Assembly: GCA_029974015.1 (NCBI GenBank)
Contig: JARKUF010000014.1
Location: forward strand, 217-64,216
Direction: 5' to 3'
Source: Spirochaetota bacterium
GTDB taxonomy: Bacteria > Spirochaetota > UBA4802 > JAGODF01
DNA length: 64,000 nucleotides
Shown here: positions 26,998 through 36,121 of the stretch, one piece after another
How the letters are laid out: each line of letters begins with the position of its first letter
Numbering within the stretch: position 1 is the first letter of the stretch
The notes under the pieces: generated by a model
Database searches by the model: none
The model's input: only the letters and a program-made list of their open reading frames with translations
What the model was told of the DNA's origin: nothing
Made by a program: the position numbers and the translations under genes

Positions 26998-28356
26998 ATG
27001 TTAATTACATATGTATTTGTTTTCGTTATACTTATAATTGTGACGATTTTTGTCCTCTATATCCTGTCAACATATGTTTTTCCCAGGAAAATTGAGGAAA
27101 TCGCACGCATGGTGGAAAACGGGCAGACGAAACTTGCTATAAAGAAACTTATGGAGTTAATAGAGAAGGATGACCGGAACGCTTATGCCCGCTACCTTCT
27201 TGCCGAAGCCTATTTTAAAGAAAATAACATACAATACGCAATTCTCGAATACCGCCAGGTACTGAAGCTCGCAAAATTCGACGACAAAGTCAATGAAATC
27301 AAGATCAGGTCAAAATTGGCCAAAATATACATGGATCGAAAATCAATCGACGAGGCCAGGAAGGAATATTTGATACTGTCAAAAATTGATCCGATGAACT
27401 TCCAGCATTTTTACGAGCTGGGTCTCATTTATTTCAACGCGGACCAACACGAAAAGGCCACGCCATATTTCAAAAAATCAGTCGCATTGAACAATAATCA
27501 CGCCATGTCGCTCTACTTCCTCGGCCAGATATACTATCGGATGAACCTCTACCAGGATGCAAAGCAGATGTTTCTTGAGGCAATTAAAGTTGATCATGCG
27601 AATTACCGCTCCCATTATTTTTTAGGTTTGGTTCTTCGCCAGCTTGGCGATTATGAGTGGGCCATTAAGGAATTCGAAGTGGCCCAAAAAGACGACGATA
27701 TAAAGATTAAATGCTTCCTTGCCAAAGGAACGTGCTTCATTGAGAAGGAGCTGTATCCCAAGGCCATCATCGAGTTTGAACGGGGCCTGAAATTTGCGAA
27801 GAGGGGAAGCGACACGGAATTGAACCTCAGATACTTCCTTGCCGAGGCACAGGAAAAGATGCGTGATCTCCACTCGGCAATATCCAACTGGGAAAAGATC
27901 CATGAGGTGAACAAAAATTTCCGTGATGTACAGGAGAAGCTGAAATCGTATTCGGAATTCCGCCAGGATGACCGGATAAAGGATTTCATGATAGCTGGAC
28001 TTGCCCAGTTTGAACATCTAACCAGGAAAATCGTTGAAACAATGGGGCTCACCATTCTGGATATTGACATTATCAGCGACACCGACATAGAAATTATTGC
28101 GACCGAAACCGAAGGGAAATGGCGGAACACAAGAAAGACCAACAGAATAATAAGGATCATCCGCACTACGGACACTATATCCGACAAGCTGCTAAGATCC
28201 ATTCATGAAACGATGAAACCGAAAAATGCAACACGCGCCGTGATTATTTCCACCGGCGAATACAGCCAGACTGCCGTGGAATTCTCCAACACAAGGCCCA
28301 TCGAGCTTATGAGTAAAAACGAGCTTATAAAGCTTTTGAAACATGTTGGCGCCTGA
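26998..28356 (+). CDS. TM-anchored TPR protein with C-terminal Mrr_cat-like (restriction endonuclease fold) domain
   Basis: 452 aa. N-terminal TM helix, about 7 TPR-like repeats, and a C-terminal segment FEHLTRKIVETMGLTILDIDIISDTDIEIIATE...RIIRIIRTTD...RAVIISTGEYSQTAVEFS...IELMSKNELIKLL that aligns to the Mrr_cat pattern. AT-rich codon usage. Confidence 0.6.
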   Translation: MLITYVFVFVILIIVTIFVLYILSTYVFPRKIEEIARMVENGQTKLAIKKLMELIEKDDRNAYARYLLAEAYFKENNIQYAILEYRQVLKLAKFDDKVNEIKIRSKLAKIYMDRKSIDEARKEYLILSKIDPMNFQHFYELGLIYFNADQHEKATPYFKKSVALNNNHAMSLYFLGQIYYRMNLYQDAKQMFLEAIKVDHANYRSHYFLGLVLRQLGDYEWAIKEFEVAQKDDDIKIKCFLAKGTCFIEKELYPKAIIEFERGLKFAKRGSDTELNLRYFLAEAQEKMRDLHSAISNWEKIHEVNKNFRDVQEKLKSYSEFRQDDRIKDFMIAGLAQFEHLTRKIVETMGLTILDIDIISDTDIEIIATETEGKWRNTRKTNRIIRIIRTTDTISDKLLRSIHETMKPKNATRAVIISTGEYSQTAVEFSNTRPIELMSKNELIKLLKHVGA

Positions 28357-28368
28357 TATTTCCGCCAG

Positions 28369-30186
28369 ATGGATTCATTTTACTACATTTTTGATTCGAT
28401 TCCACTTCTGAAACATTTCAATGAGAAAGAACGCTCTTTTCTTGCCGCACTGGGAAGAATTTCCAGGGTAAAAACCAACCAGATAATTGATTTAAAAAAA
28501 ATCAGCGCCTTAAACGTCATTCTGGAAGGAGTGTTTGAACTTGAGGTTTTTGGGAAAAAAGAATACATCTATCTCACGCCCGGGTCTTTTTTTGGCGACT
28601 ACCCATTCACGGACATAAAAAACCGAGGAACCATCAAGGCCGTTTCCGAAGCACGCCTTTTGCAATTCAACACAGAAGATCTCTATAAGTTCTTTTTCAC
28701 GAATTACCGGGCACTGAGGGGGTATATCCGCTCTCTGGAAAACCTCGGCATGGACCTTTCTTCTGCCAGCGCTTCCCACTTTAAAAGAAGAACAAAGATT
28801 GTTACTGTGTTCGGGACGGGGAACCGAGAAGGCAAATCCCTCTTTGCCGCTTCCCTTGCGCTTACTTTGGCGGAAAGGGGGGCAACAATTCTTCTGGATA
28901 TGTCATACGGCGGAGAATCCGTGTACACATTCTTCGAAAAAAGGCCCCCTGCTCCCCTCTCCCAGAAACAGGAAGAAAGCGATGCAAATGAGCAATTCAT
29001 AGTAGAACGCCTTGAACATGCCGCGGCAGGCCTCGATCTTCTAAATGTTCTCCATGGCTCCAATGTAAAGGCCAGTCCATCCATTCTTTCCCCGCTGCTC
29101 TTTCTGCTTTCGAAAAGCTATAAATACATCATTGTAGATCTTTCCAACAGTGACGGAGAAATAAGGGACCGCGTTTTTGAGGAATCGCATATCATACTGG
29201 GTCTAGTGACAAGAATGAAAAACCGCGATGACCTTTCAGCCATCTTTAATGACAGTATCTCCAACGGACAGCGGGTGTACTATCTGCTTAATACACACTT
29301 TCATGACAAGACCGTTTTTGAAGGCGGTTTCAGATGGGAATCAATCGGCCCGAATGAAGGAACCGATTCGAATTTTTCATTCGATGCCATGAAGGAGAGC
29401 GTACCGAAAGAAATTCCTACAATAATCTCTTCTCCAGTAAAGGCGCTTGTACTTGAAGCGAACGGGCTTGACGCCTGGGCATACGCAGGCCTTTACGACG
29501 AAATTCTCAATACCGGAGTTTTATTCGATATTCATTACTGCTCGTCCTTTGCCTTCCTGTTCCTTTTTGCGTTCTTAACCTCACAAAATGCAGATGAGTA
29601 TAAGAAAACGATAAAGAGGTTCTATCCCTGGGAGAAGATCAACGAGTTACTTGACATTACATTTCCCAAAAATGTCCTGTTTAAGAGCGCAAAGATCGCC
29701 AGATTCGCGACTGAATTGGCAAAAGACGCCAGGTTGGAATATTTTCCGGCAAGGGCCCTGCTTCTTGCTTCAAGTAAGGATTTTTCACGAAGAATCTTCA
29801 GCACCGGAAATATGGAAGAATTAATTCAAGTGTCGATGTCGGCATATCCTTTCTTCGAAGCGGGGAGAATAGGGAACGGGAAGTATATCTCCGGGTATCC
29901 TTTTACTGTCTGTAGCGTCGAAGACATCATGCCGCTGGATGTGGATACGGTCGCGGCCGTATCGGTCAAACCTCGAATCGACCATCCCGGAGCATCCGGA
30001 ATTCTCCCAATATTTTTGCATCATCATGAATATTTCGATTCCCGTGAAAAACGGCCTTTCTCTTCCCCCGGCAGGACAGCCCGACTTGAACTTGAATGGG
30101 GCGAAGATGAAAAAGACCCCGAAAAAATCCTAGAAATTGTAAGAACAAGCACTAATAAATTCTTGAAAGAAAACCGCTTTATATAA
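28369..30186 (+). CDS. Three-domain protein: cNMP-binding-like + ParA/MinD-like P-loop + patatin-like, each with non-canonical motifs
   Basis: 605 aa. The N-terminus fits the CRP/cNMP beta-barrel pattern (IPLLKHFNEKERSFLA...ILEGVFELEVFGKKEYIYLTPGSFFGD...IKAVSEARLL). The middle is KIVTVFGTGNREGKSLFAASLALTLAERGATILLDMSYGG (deviant Walker A). The C-terminus is ALVLEANGLDAWAYAGLYDEILNTGVLFDIHYCSSFAFL, a patatin-like layout with GGxRG and GxSxG altered. Confidence 0.5.
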   Translation: MDSFYYIFDSIPLLKHFNEKERSFLAALGRISRVKTNQIIDLKKISALNVILEGVFELEVFGKKEYIYLTPGSFFGDYPFTDIKNRGTIKAVSEARLLQFNTEDLYKFFFTNYRALRGYIRSLENLGMDLSSASASHFKRRTKIVTVFGTGNREGKSLFAASLALTLAERGATILLDMSYGGESVYTFFEKRPPAPLSQKQEESDANEQFIVERLEHAAAGLDLLNVLHGSNVKASPSILSPLLFLLSKSYKYIIVDLSNSDGEIRDRVFEESHIILGLVTRMKNRDDLSAIFNDSISNGQRVYYLLNTHFHDKTVFEGGFRWESIGPNEGTDSNFSFDAMKESVPKEIPTIISSPVKALVLEANGLDAWAYAGLYDEILNTGVLFDIHYCSSFAFLFLFAFLTSQNADEYKKTIKRFYPWEKINELLDITFPKNVLFKSAKIARFATELAKDARLEYFPARALLLASSKDFSRRIFSTGNMEELIQVSMSAYPFFEAGRIGNGKYISGYPFTVCSVEDIMPLDVDTVAAVSVKPRIDHPGASGILPIFLHHHEYFDSREKRPFSSPGRTARLELEWGEDEKDPEKILEIVRTSTNKFLKENRFI

Positions 30187-30233
30187 TAACTATCCGTAAG
30201 CCACGTCTAACTTGAGAGGGGGAATGGCATACA

Positions 30234-30680
30234 ATGAGATCGCGAAAAACGAATTTTCTTCAAGCGGTCGTTCTGTTAACTGGGGTTCTGTACATACTCT
30301 CCGGCGGTATATTCTCACTCTCCCCCCATCTATTTGCAGATATATTCTCCATCGATATCAATGAAGACTGGTTTAAAGAAATTCCTAGAGAGCCGTTCAT
30401 GTTCATGATGATTGCAATTTCCCGATCATTTGGCCTGCTTTTATTTACGATGGGGATTGCTATGGTACTCCCTCTCTTCGATCCCCTGCGTTATCGAGGC
30501 CTTGTTTATTTCACCGGTATTCTTTTTCCGTCCGGAGCGGCGTTTCTTTGCGCCATAAGCTGTTTGACAAACCCCCTTGGCGTTCTCATCATTTATGCGT
30601 CCCTATTTGTTCTCATAGCAGTTGCGACAATCGCCGGGCTTTTTATAACCAAAGGCACGGTAAAAACAGGCGTAGAGTGA
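30234..30680 (+). CDS. Small integral membrane protein (4 predicted TM helices)
   Basis: 148 aa, hydrophobic throughout. Confidence 0.5.
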   Translation: MRSRKTNFLQAVVLLTGVLYILSGGIFSLSPHLFADIFSIDINEDWFKEIPREPFMFMMIAISRSFGLLLFTMGIAMVLPLFDPLRYRGLVYFTGILFPSGAAFLCAISCLTNPLGVLIIYASLFVLIAVATIAGLFITKGTVKTGVE

Positions 30681-30773
30681 TACCTTTGGGTCTAAGGCCA
30701 GGCGCAAAGCGCGATGCCAATTTTTTTTTTTGATTGATTTATTAACCCTCTTTTCTATAATGTGATTAGATTA

Positions 30774-30893
30774 TGGTAGCCTCAAAAATTTAATTTTTGA
30801 GGCTACCATAAATTGTAACTACTGGCATACTCAGGACTCAGGTTTTCCCGCCCCCCGAAGGCGGGCGGGAAAACCTGATTATTAGAAGTTGCC
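30774..30893. repeat. Modular hairpin repeat (copy R10, complete)
   Basis: tggtagcctcaaaaatttaatttttgaggctacca (palindrome) + taaattgtaactactggcatactcaggactcagg + ttttcccgccccccGAAGgcgggcgggaaaacc + tgattattagaagttgcc. Confidence 0.9.
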
Positions 30894-30982
30894 TTATGTA
30901 AATGTTTCGTTATTATTTTTTAGGTCTTATAAAAAAACATCCGTTTGAGCTGTAAAATCGATTTTCTACTCGGAGGAAATAA

Positions 30983-31318
30983 ATGGAATTGAAAACGAAG
31001 AAAAACAACAATGTGATAATTATATATCTCGCCGGGCGACTGGATGTACATCTTTCCGCTGACGTTGAAAAAGAAATCAATAAAATTATCAATGATGATC
31101 CCGCAAGCCATCTCCTGCTTAATTTACATGATGTCGAGTATATGAACAGTTCCGGGCTTCGCATCTTTGTATCAACGATGAGGATACTTAAAGAATCCAA
31201 AAGAAAACTTTTTCTCTGCAATATGAACAGTGCGGTGAAAAAAATTTTTGAAGTTGTCGAACTAATGGACATGTTTGACATTTTTGAATCTGAAGAAGAA
31301 GCGCTGAGGTCATTTTAA
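30983..31318 (+). CDS. STAS domain protein (anti-sigma factor antagonist, SpoIIAA-like)
   Basis: 111 aa. VIIIYLAGRLDVHLSADVEKEINKII...DVEYMNSSGLRIFVSTMRILKESKRKLFLCNMNSAVKKIFEVVEL is a typical STAS alpha/beta pattern with a phosphorylatable Ser in the SSGL motif. Confidence 0.75.
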   Translation: MELKTKKNNNVIIIYLAGRLDVHLSADVEKEINKIINDDPASHLLLNLHDVEYMNSSGLRIFVSTMRILKESKRKLFLCNMNSAVKKIFEVVELMDMFDIFESEEEALRSF

Positions 31319-31338
31319 CAGGCCTGTGAATACGCGAA

Positions 31339-33609
31339 TTGAAACTCGGCTGGAAAAAATTAATAACGAAGAAGCGTCCTCCGGCCCTTATGCCCCTGCA
31401 AACCATCGGTGCTTTACCTGATGCGTCGAAGACCGGGGGGGTGGAAAAAACCATCTCCCTTGGCCTAAAAAACTACTTGCTATTCCAGTCATATCACCAT
31501 TATCGCTGGCCCCTCTGGCTAATTTCATCAATAGATGAATTAGAACGCCACTTCAGGCCTGTAACCCCCCCGATTCTCCTGAACACGTATTATCGAGACT
31601 GGATGTACTTTACCAGCATCCTTTCATCACACAGGATTATGATAGACCATGCAGGCATGCTTACACCGACGAATGCGCCATGGTCAATTGAACTGTGGGT
31701 GCTTAACGGCAACAGGGTTTTCAGGCCGCAGGACGACTGCAATTCTATTATACAGGTCAGGGATCCCCATACTTCCCTAATAACTACGAAGTGGACCAAT
31801 AGAGACTTTACACTTCACATGGAAATGTATGGAACAAGAACTTCCATCGATGAAGCAATAGCAGACATAAGTTTTTCCACCGTTGGAAAGGCCGGGGGAA
31901 CATCACTTGTCGTGGCGGTGCGACCCTATGGAACAGAGCAGATCGGAGGGCTCCACTCCCTGGAATATCAGTCTGAAAATAAGACTGTCCGTATTAACAA
32001 TGAGACTACTTTTTATGTTAGCCACAGTCCCAGTGAAGTCTTCACGGGTAGTGGAATGTACGGAGATGTAAATTTCAGGGAAAAACAGGGAAAAGTATCT
32101 TGTTTCGACGGTATGGCTTCCATGGCCCTCGTGTATCCAGTAAAGAAAGAACTCCTGGAACTTAAAGTTAGACTTAGCCTCTCAGAAAAAAAATCCGTAG
32201 AATCGTTGAAGCTTAATTATATTTCCGTAAAGAAAGATTTTGCCGAATATCTTGACGTTATGAAACGGCAGGGTTTCATTCTTTCCATCGGAGACAAACG
32301 GCTTTCTAACTGGTTCGTCAATACAAAACTTATCTCGCTTGGAAACGTTAACCGCATGATACGCCTTCTTGGCGATAAATGCGGCGTCATAGAAGCGAGG
32401 GAATCATTTTATCTGGTAAAAGCCCTGTCGAGGATGGGATTCGACAAGGAAGCACGTCTGATCGTTGACGCATGGAGGACAAGCATTCACATTTCGGAGC
32501 GTACAGAATTTGATGATCTAATTATCTTCTGCTACTTCTTATCCTCTTTCGCCGACAGTTACCTTTTTACACGGGACACAGCTTACCTTCAAGACAACTA
32601 TGAATTTATTAAGAAGCTTGCCCATGCAGCACTGTCAGCGGGAAAGGACCTGTTTCAAAAGAAGAAAAAAAAGGCCGCACATAATTCCCTTCCATACGTG
32701 TACGCGGGGCGATACCATCTGCACGATACCCTGCTATATGCCCATACGCTTTCGCAATACGCTTACCTCTGCAGAACGATAGGGCTTTTTGGAGACGAAA
32801 TAAAGTTCTCCAGGGAGGCCGAAAGATATCACGAGATGTTATCCTATGAAATAACAGGTCTTATTGCCTCTGCGGCGGCGGAATCACCCTTAGATTCCGA
32901 TGCATTTTCAGGTATTCACGGACTTGACGAATTTATTGTGTATCTTTCATTCTGCGTCTCCCCTTTTGCGGTTGACTCGATCAAGCGCGAAGAGAAGAAG
33001 AAACTCCTTTCAATGATCAGCGCAGTGTATAAAAAGAAACCACTTTTCCTGCGTTCTTTCGGGGGATGGGATATTTTTCTTACAATTATGTTCGCTCGGA
33101 ATACGCTTCTCATGAATGATGCCGCATCCCAAGATATTATTGAGTTTTTTCTAAACATCGGGGAGCCAAGATATTCCCTTCCGGACTGCATCCATCCGGT
33201 GAGTCTGAGGGGAATCGGCGGAACCGGCGAATCTTCTATGGTGAACAGCTCTATATTCCTTTTTCTAAGAAACCTTATCCTCATTGACGGACCGAACCGT
33301 TTGGAGATTTTCCCGGTTCCGAAAGAAGAGTGGTTTCGGCCGGGAGCTGAGATAGTGGTGGAGAACGCGCCCTCGCGGTTTGGAAAGATTCATTTTAAAG
33401 TCATTTCGACCCAGAATGAAATACAGATGTATTTTACAGAACTGCCCAAGTACGTGCCTCCGGATATCATGATACATCTCCCGTACAAAACCGAGTTGAA
33501 AGAAGGAGATGATTTCATGCTGAAAAAAGAGGAAGGGTTTTCCTATATAATTAATGGATGGCCGTCTGTTATAAGGTTCGTCCGGACAGGGCAAGAAAAG
33601 AATTCATGA
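31339..33609 (+). CDS. Large hypothetical protein (possible beta-sandwich + alpha/alpha-toroid glycosidase-like fold)
   Basis: 756-aa ORF. No confident family. An N-terminal beta-rich region and a C-terminal helical region are reminiscent of GH15/GH63/debranching-enzyme-like proteins, but no catalytic motif was recognised. AT-rich. Confidence 0.45.
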   Translation: MKLGWKKLITKKRPPALMPLQTIGALPDASKTGGVEKTISLGLKNYLLFQSYHHYRWPLWLISSIDELERHFRPVTPPILLNTYYRDWMYFTSILSSHRIMIDHAGMLTPTNAPWSIELWVLNGNRVFRPQDDCNSIIQVRDPHTSLITTKWTNRDFTLHMEMYGTRTSIDEAIADISFSTVGKAGGTSLVVAVRPYGTEQIGGLHSLEYQSENKTVRINNETTFYVSHSPSEVFTGSGMYGDVNFREKQGKVSCFDGMASMALVYPVKKELLELKVRLSLSEKKSVESLKLNYISVKKDFAEYLDVMKRQGFILSIGDKRLSNWFVNTKLISLGNVNRMIRLLGDKCGVIEARESFYLVKALSRMGFDKEARLIVDAWRTSIHISERTEFDDLIIFCYFLSSFADSYLFTRDTAYLQDNYEFIKKLAHAALSAGKDLFQKKKKKAAHNSLPYVYAGRYHLHDTLLYAHTLSQYAYLCRTIGLFGDEIKFSREAERYHEMLSYEITGLIASAAAESPLDSDAFSGIHGLDEFIVYLSFCVSPFAVDSIKREEKKKLLSMISAVYKKKPLFLRSFGGWDIFLTIMFARNTLLMNDAASQDIIEFFLNIGEPRYSLPDCIHPVSLRGIGGTGESSMVNSSIFLFLRNLILIDGPNRLEIFPVPKEEWFRPGAEIVVENAPSRFGKIHFKVISTQNEIQMYFTELPKYVPPDIMIHLPYKTELKEGDDFMLKKEEGFSYIINGWPSVIRFVRTGQEKNS

Positions 33610-35174
33610 TACTTTATCTTCTCATATTTTCCGTTCTGGTTTCCGGGATTTTTCTTTATTACACATATTATATATCTCCACGCCTTAATCCAGTAAAAAA
33701 GGCGGAAAAATATCTGAAAAACGAACAGCATAATGAAGCAGTATTGGAATACAAGAAGGCGCTTGACCGTAATGGCGCTGATTTCGTGGTACATTTCAGG
33801 CTCGCGAATATCTACCTGCAGCAGAAAGAAATCGACCAGGCCGTACTGCACCTGGAAAAAATCCTGGACTTGAACGCATTCAATTACGAAGTGGAAAAGC
33901 TTGATGTTCAGAAAAAACTGGCCTCCGCATATCAGGTTCGCGACGAACCCGAAAAGGCATTCCAGATGTATTATGACATCCTGAGATACTACCCGGTGGA
34001 TCAGGAAGCATTGTATAATGTGACGTTCATGGCCCTCGGACAGGAAGAGTTCGAAATAGCACAGCGTTACGCAGAAAAACTCGTCAATCTCATGCCCAAT
34101 AGTTTTGAAGTCGTTTTTGCCGCCGGCATGTGTAATTACCAGAACAAGAGGATTAATGACGCATCGAGTTACTTCAAGACGGCCGCCGCACTGAAACCCG
34201 GTTCCGACATAGCAAACCTTGCTGCGGCCTTGACCCTGCAGAAAAAGGGGGATTACAGACTCGCCCTTTCATATGTCCAAAAAATCCCGGAAAACGATAA
34301 CGATCCAGGTGTGATTTTTATTTCTAGAAGGCTCCAGGGAATCATTCTCCTTCAGGGGCGTAAGCACGATGAAGCAATAAAAATCTTTGAGGAGCTTCTA
34401 AATTTCGCCAAAACAAATGAAATGCAGGAAGAGGTTCTATTGGTCCTGTACGATATCGGCTTCGTCGCAGCGAAAGCGGAAAGGACAAACCAGGCCTACG
34501 AATACTGGAACGAGCTTTACAGGCTCGATAAGTCGTACAAAAAAATCCAATCTCTGGTGATGATGCTCAGGAAGGAAATGGAGTTGGATTACAGAACAGC
34601 AATGGAAGAACCGCAGTCTTCGCTTGACGATTACACGGAGGCCTGGCTCGAAGAAATATTTCCCGCAGATTTTCTCTGGAATATCTGTGGTTTGAAGAGC
34701 GACAGGAAATTGAACCTGAAAGGAATAATGACTACGGCCCGTGTGCAGACAGCCCACGGGGACGAAAGTGGCCTGGAGCTCGGTTCGGGAGCAAATTTCG
34801 AGAAGTTAGAACGGTTCAATACGATGAATGTGGAAAATTTCAGAATAGCCTCAAACAGACTCGTCGCTAAGATGGGGTATAAGGTGGAACAAATACTCCA
34901 AACATACCGAGAAAACGACGGTGTCGACTTTCTTGCCGTCTCCCCTGAAAAGGAAAAAACCCTGATCTGGGTGAGGAGATGGACCAAGGCGAGGGTCGGA
35001 GAAATTCCTTTTAGAAATTTTGCCCAGGCTATAAATGACATAAAGGCGAAAAAGGGCGTTTTTGTAACATCCTCGGAAATAACCGAGGCGGCTGAAATTA
35101 GCCTTAAGAACCTCTCTAAGGTGGTTGTCGTTCAGCCCGATGAACTCGCCTCGCTTCTGGAGGGGCTGGTGTGA
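33606..35174 (+). CDS. TM-anchored TPR protein with C-terminal Mrr_cat-like domain (paralog of 26998..28356)
   Basis: Start chosen at the ATG overlapping the upstream stop (ATGA at 33606-33609); the longer 33558 ORF start is less likely. N-terminal TM helix, TPR repeats, and a C-terminus FEKLERF...RLVAKMGYKVEQILQTYRENDGVDFLAV...LIWVRRWTKARVGEIPFRNFAQAINDIKAKKGVFVTSSEITEAAE...VVVVQPDELASLL that is closely Mrr_cat-like. Confidence 0.65.
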   Translation: MILYLLIFSVLVSGIFLYYTYYISPRLNPVKKAEKYLKNEQHNEAVLEYKKALDRNGADFVVHFRLANIYLQQKEIDQAVLHLEKILDLNAFNYEVEKLDVQKKLASAYQVRDEPEKAFQMYYDILRYYPVDQEALYNVTFMALGQEEFEIAQRYAEKLVNLMPNSFEVVFAAGMCNYQNKRINDASSYFKTAAALKPGSDIANLAAALTLQKKGDYRLALSYVQKIPENDNDPGVIFISRRLQGIILLQGRKHDEAIKIFEELLNFAKTNEMQEEVLLVLYDIGFVAAKAERTNQAYEYWNELYRLDKSYKKIQSLVMMLRKEMELDYRTAMEEPQSSLDDYTEAWLEEIFPADFLWNICGLKSDRKLNLKGIMTTARVQTAHGDESGLELGSGANFEKLERFNTMNVENFRIASNRLVAKMGYKVEQILQTYRENDGVDFLAVSPEKEKTLIWVRRWTKARVGEIPFRNFAQAINDIKAKKGVFVTSSEITEAAEISLKNLSKVVVVQPDELASLLEGLV

Positions 35175-36121
35175 ACCCCGCCATGCAGGCCCTGCCAGTG
35201 GAAAACATCAACGTTTCCCACATAGATTTTACAGATAACCGCTACAAAATCAGCAAACCCGAAATCAGCGATCAGCTTATGCGGTCGATTAAGACCCATG
35301 GCCTTCTGGAGTTTCCCGTGCTTCTTCCTCAGTATGAAAAATACATCGTTGTTGGAGGGCATAATAGACTTGTAGCCGCAAAAAATACCGGTGCGTCCAC
35401 AGTCCCTTGCAGGATTATGGACCCCTTCGACATGGGAACCTTTCTCGGCCATGCGGTCCTGAAAATTGACCGAGGTGAGGTTGGACCTATCGGGCGCCTT
35501 AAGCTTTACAACCTGCTGAAAAAAACGAAAACTGAAGCGATTCAAAACGATCGGTTGTTTGCAAGAAGGGAATTAGGCATACCCGATTTCCTGCTTGGCG
35601 ACGAAGCAGCCATAGAAACGATATTATCCATTCCTGATACAATTGCCTTCTATGCGGACTCCAGGGATGTGCACTACAGGGTTTTGCGTGAAATTGGCGG
35701 TATGTCAAGTGCCGCCGTGTCGTTGCTCTCTTCCTGGCTCGACCAAATACCAATGAGGGTTAATATCTTCAGAGAGGTCGTCGAAATGTTGTCGGAAATA
35801 TCACGTCGTGACGGATCCATTGAAACGGCTTCGGCGATTAAAATACCGGATATCCGCGACCCCAGAGGACGCGAGAACAGCCTTCATTCATCGTTGATGT
35901 CACTTCGGTGTCCACGCTACACGGTTTTAAAGGAAGAGGCCGATAATCTTATTGCGAAGCTGAGGGCCGTGGGAATCGAAGTAACTTTCCCGAATTATTT
36001 CGAAGGCGATACAATTGGCCTTACAGTAAAGGTTTCGAAAAAGGACGGCCCGGCCGTAGTTCGGGATACATTTACACGGGCGGATGAGGAGACTTTAGGC
36101 AAGTTGCTGGATTTGCTGTGA
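35171..36121 (+). CDS. ParB-like nuclease (ParBc) domain protein
   Basis: 316 aa (GTG start; alternative ATG at 35183). ParB N-terminal-domain pattern IDFTDNRYKISKPEISDQLMRSIKTHGLLEFPVLL...YIVVGGHNRLVAAKNTG. The C-terminal 200 aa are unassigned. Confidence 0.6.
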   Translation: MNPAMQALPVENINVSHIDFTDNRYKISKPEISDQLMRSIKTHGLLEFPVLLPQYEKYIVVGGHNRLVAAKNTGASTVPCRIMDPFDMGTFLGHAVLKIDRGEVGPIGRLKLYNLLKKTKTEAIQNDRLFARRELGIPDFLLGDEAAIETILSIPDTIAFYADSRDVHYRVLREIGGMSSAAVSLLSSWLDQIPMRVNIFREVVEMLSEISRRDGSIETASAIKIPDIRDPRGRENSLHSSLMSLRCPRYTVLKEEADNLIAKLRAVGIEVTFPNYFEGDTIGLTVKVSKKDGPAVVRDTFTRADEETLGKLLDLL

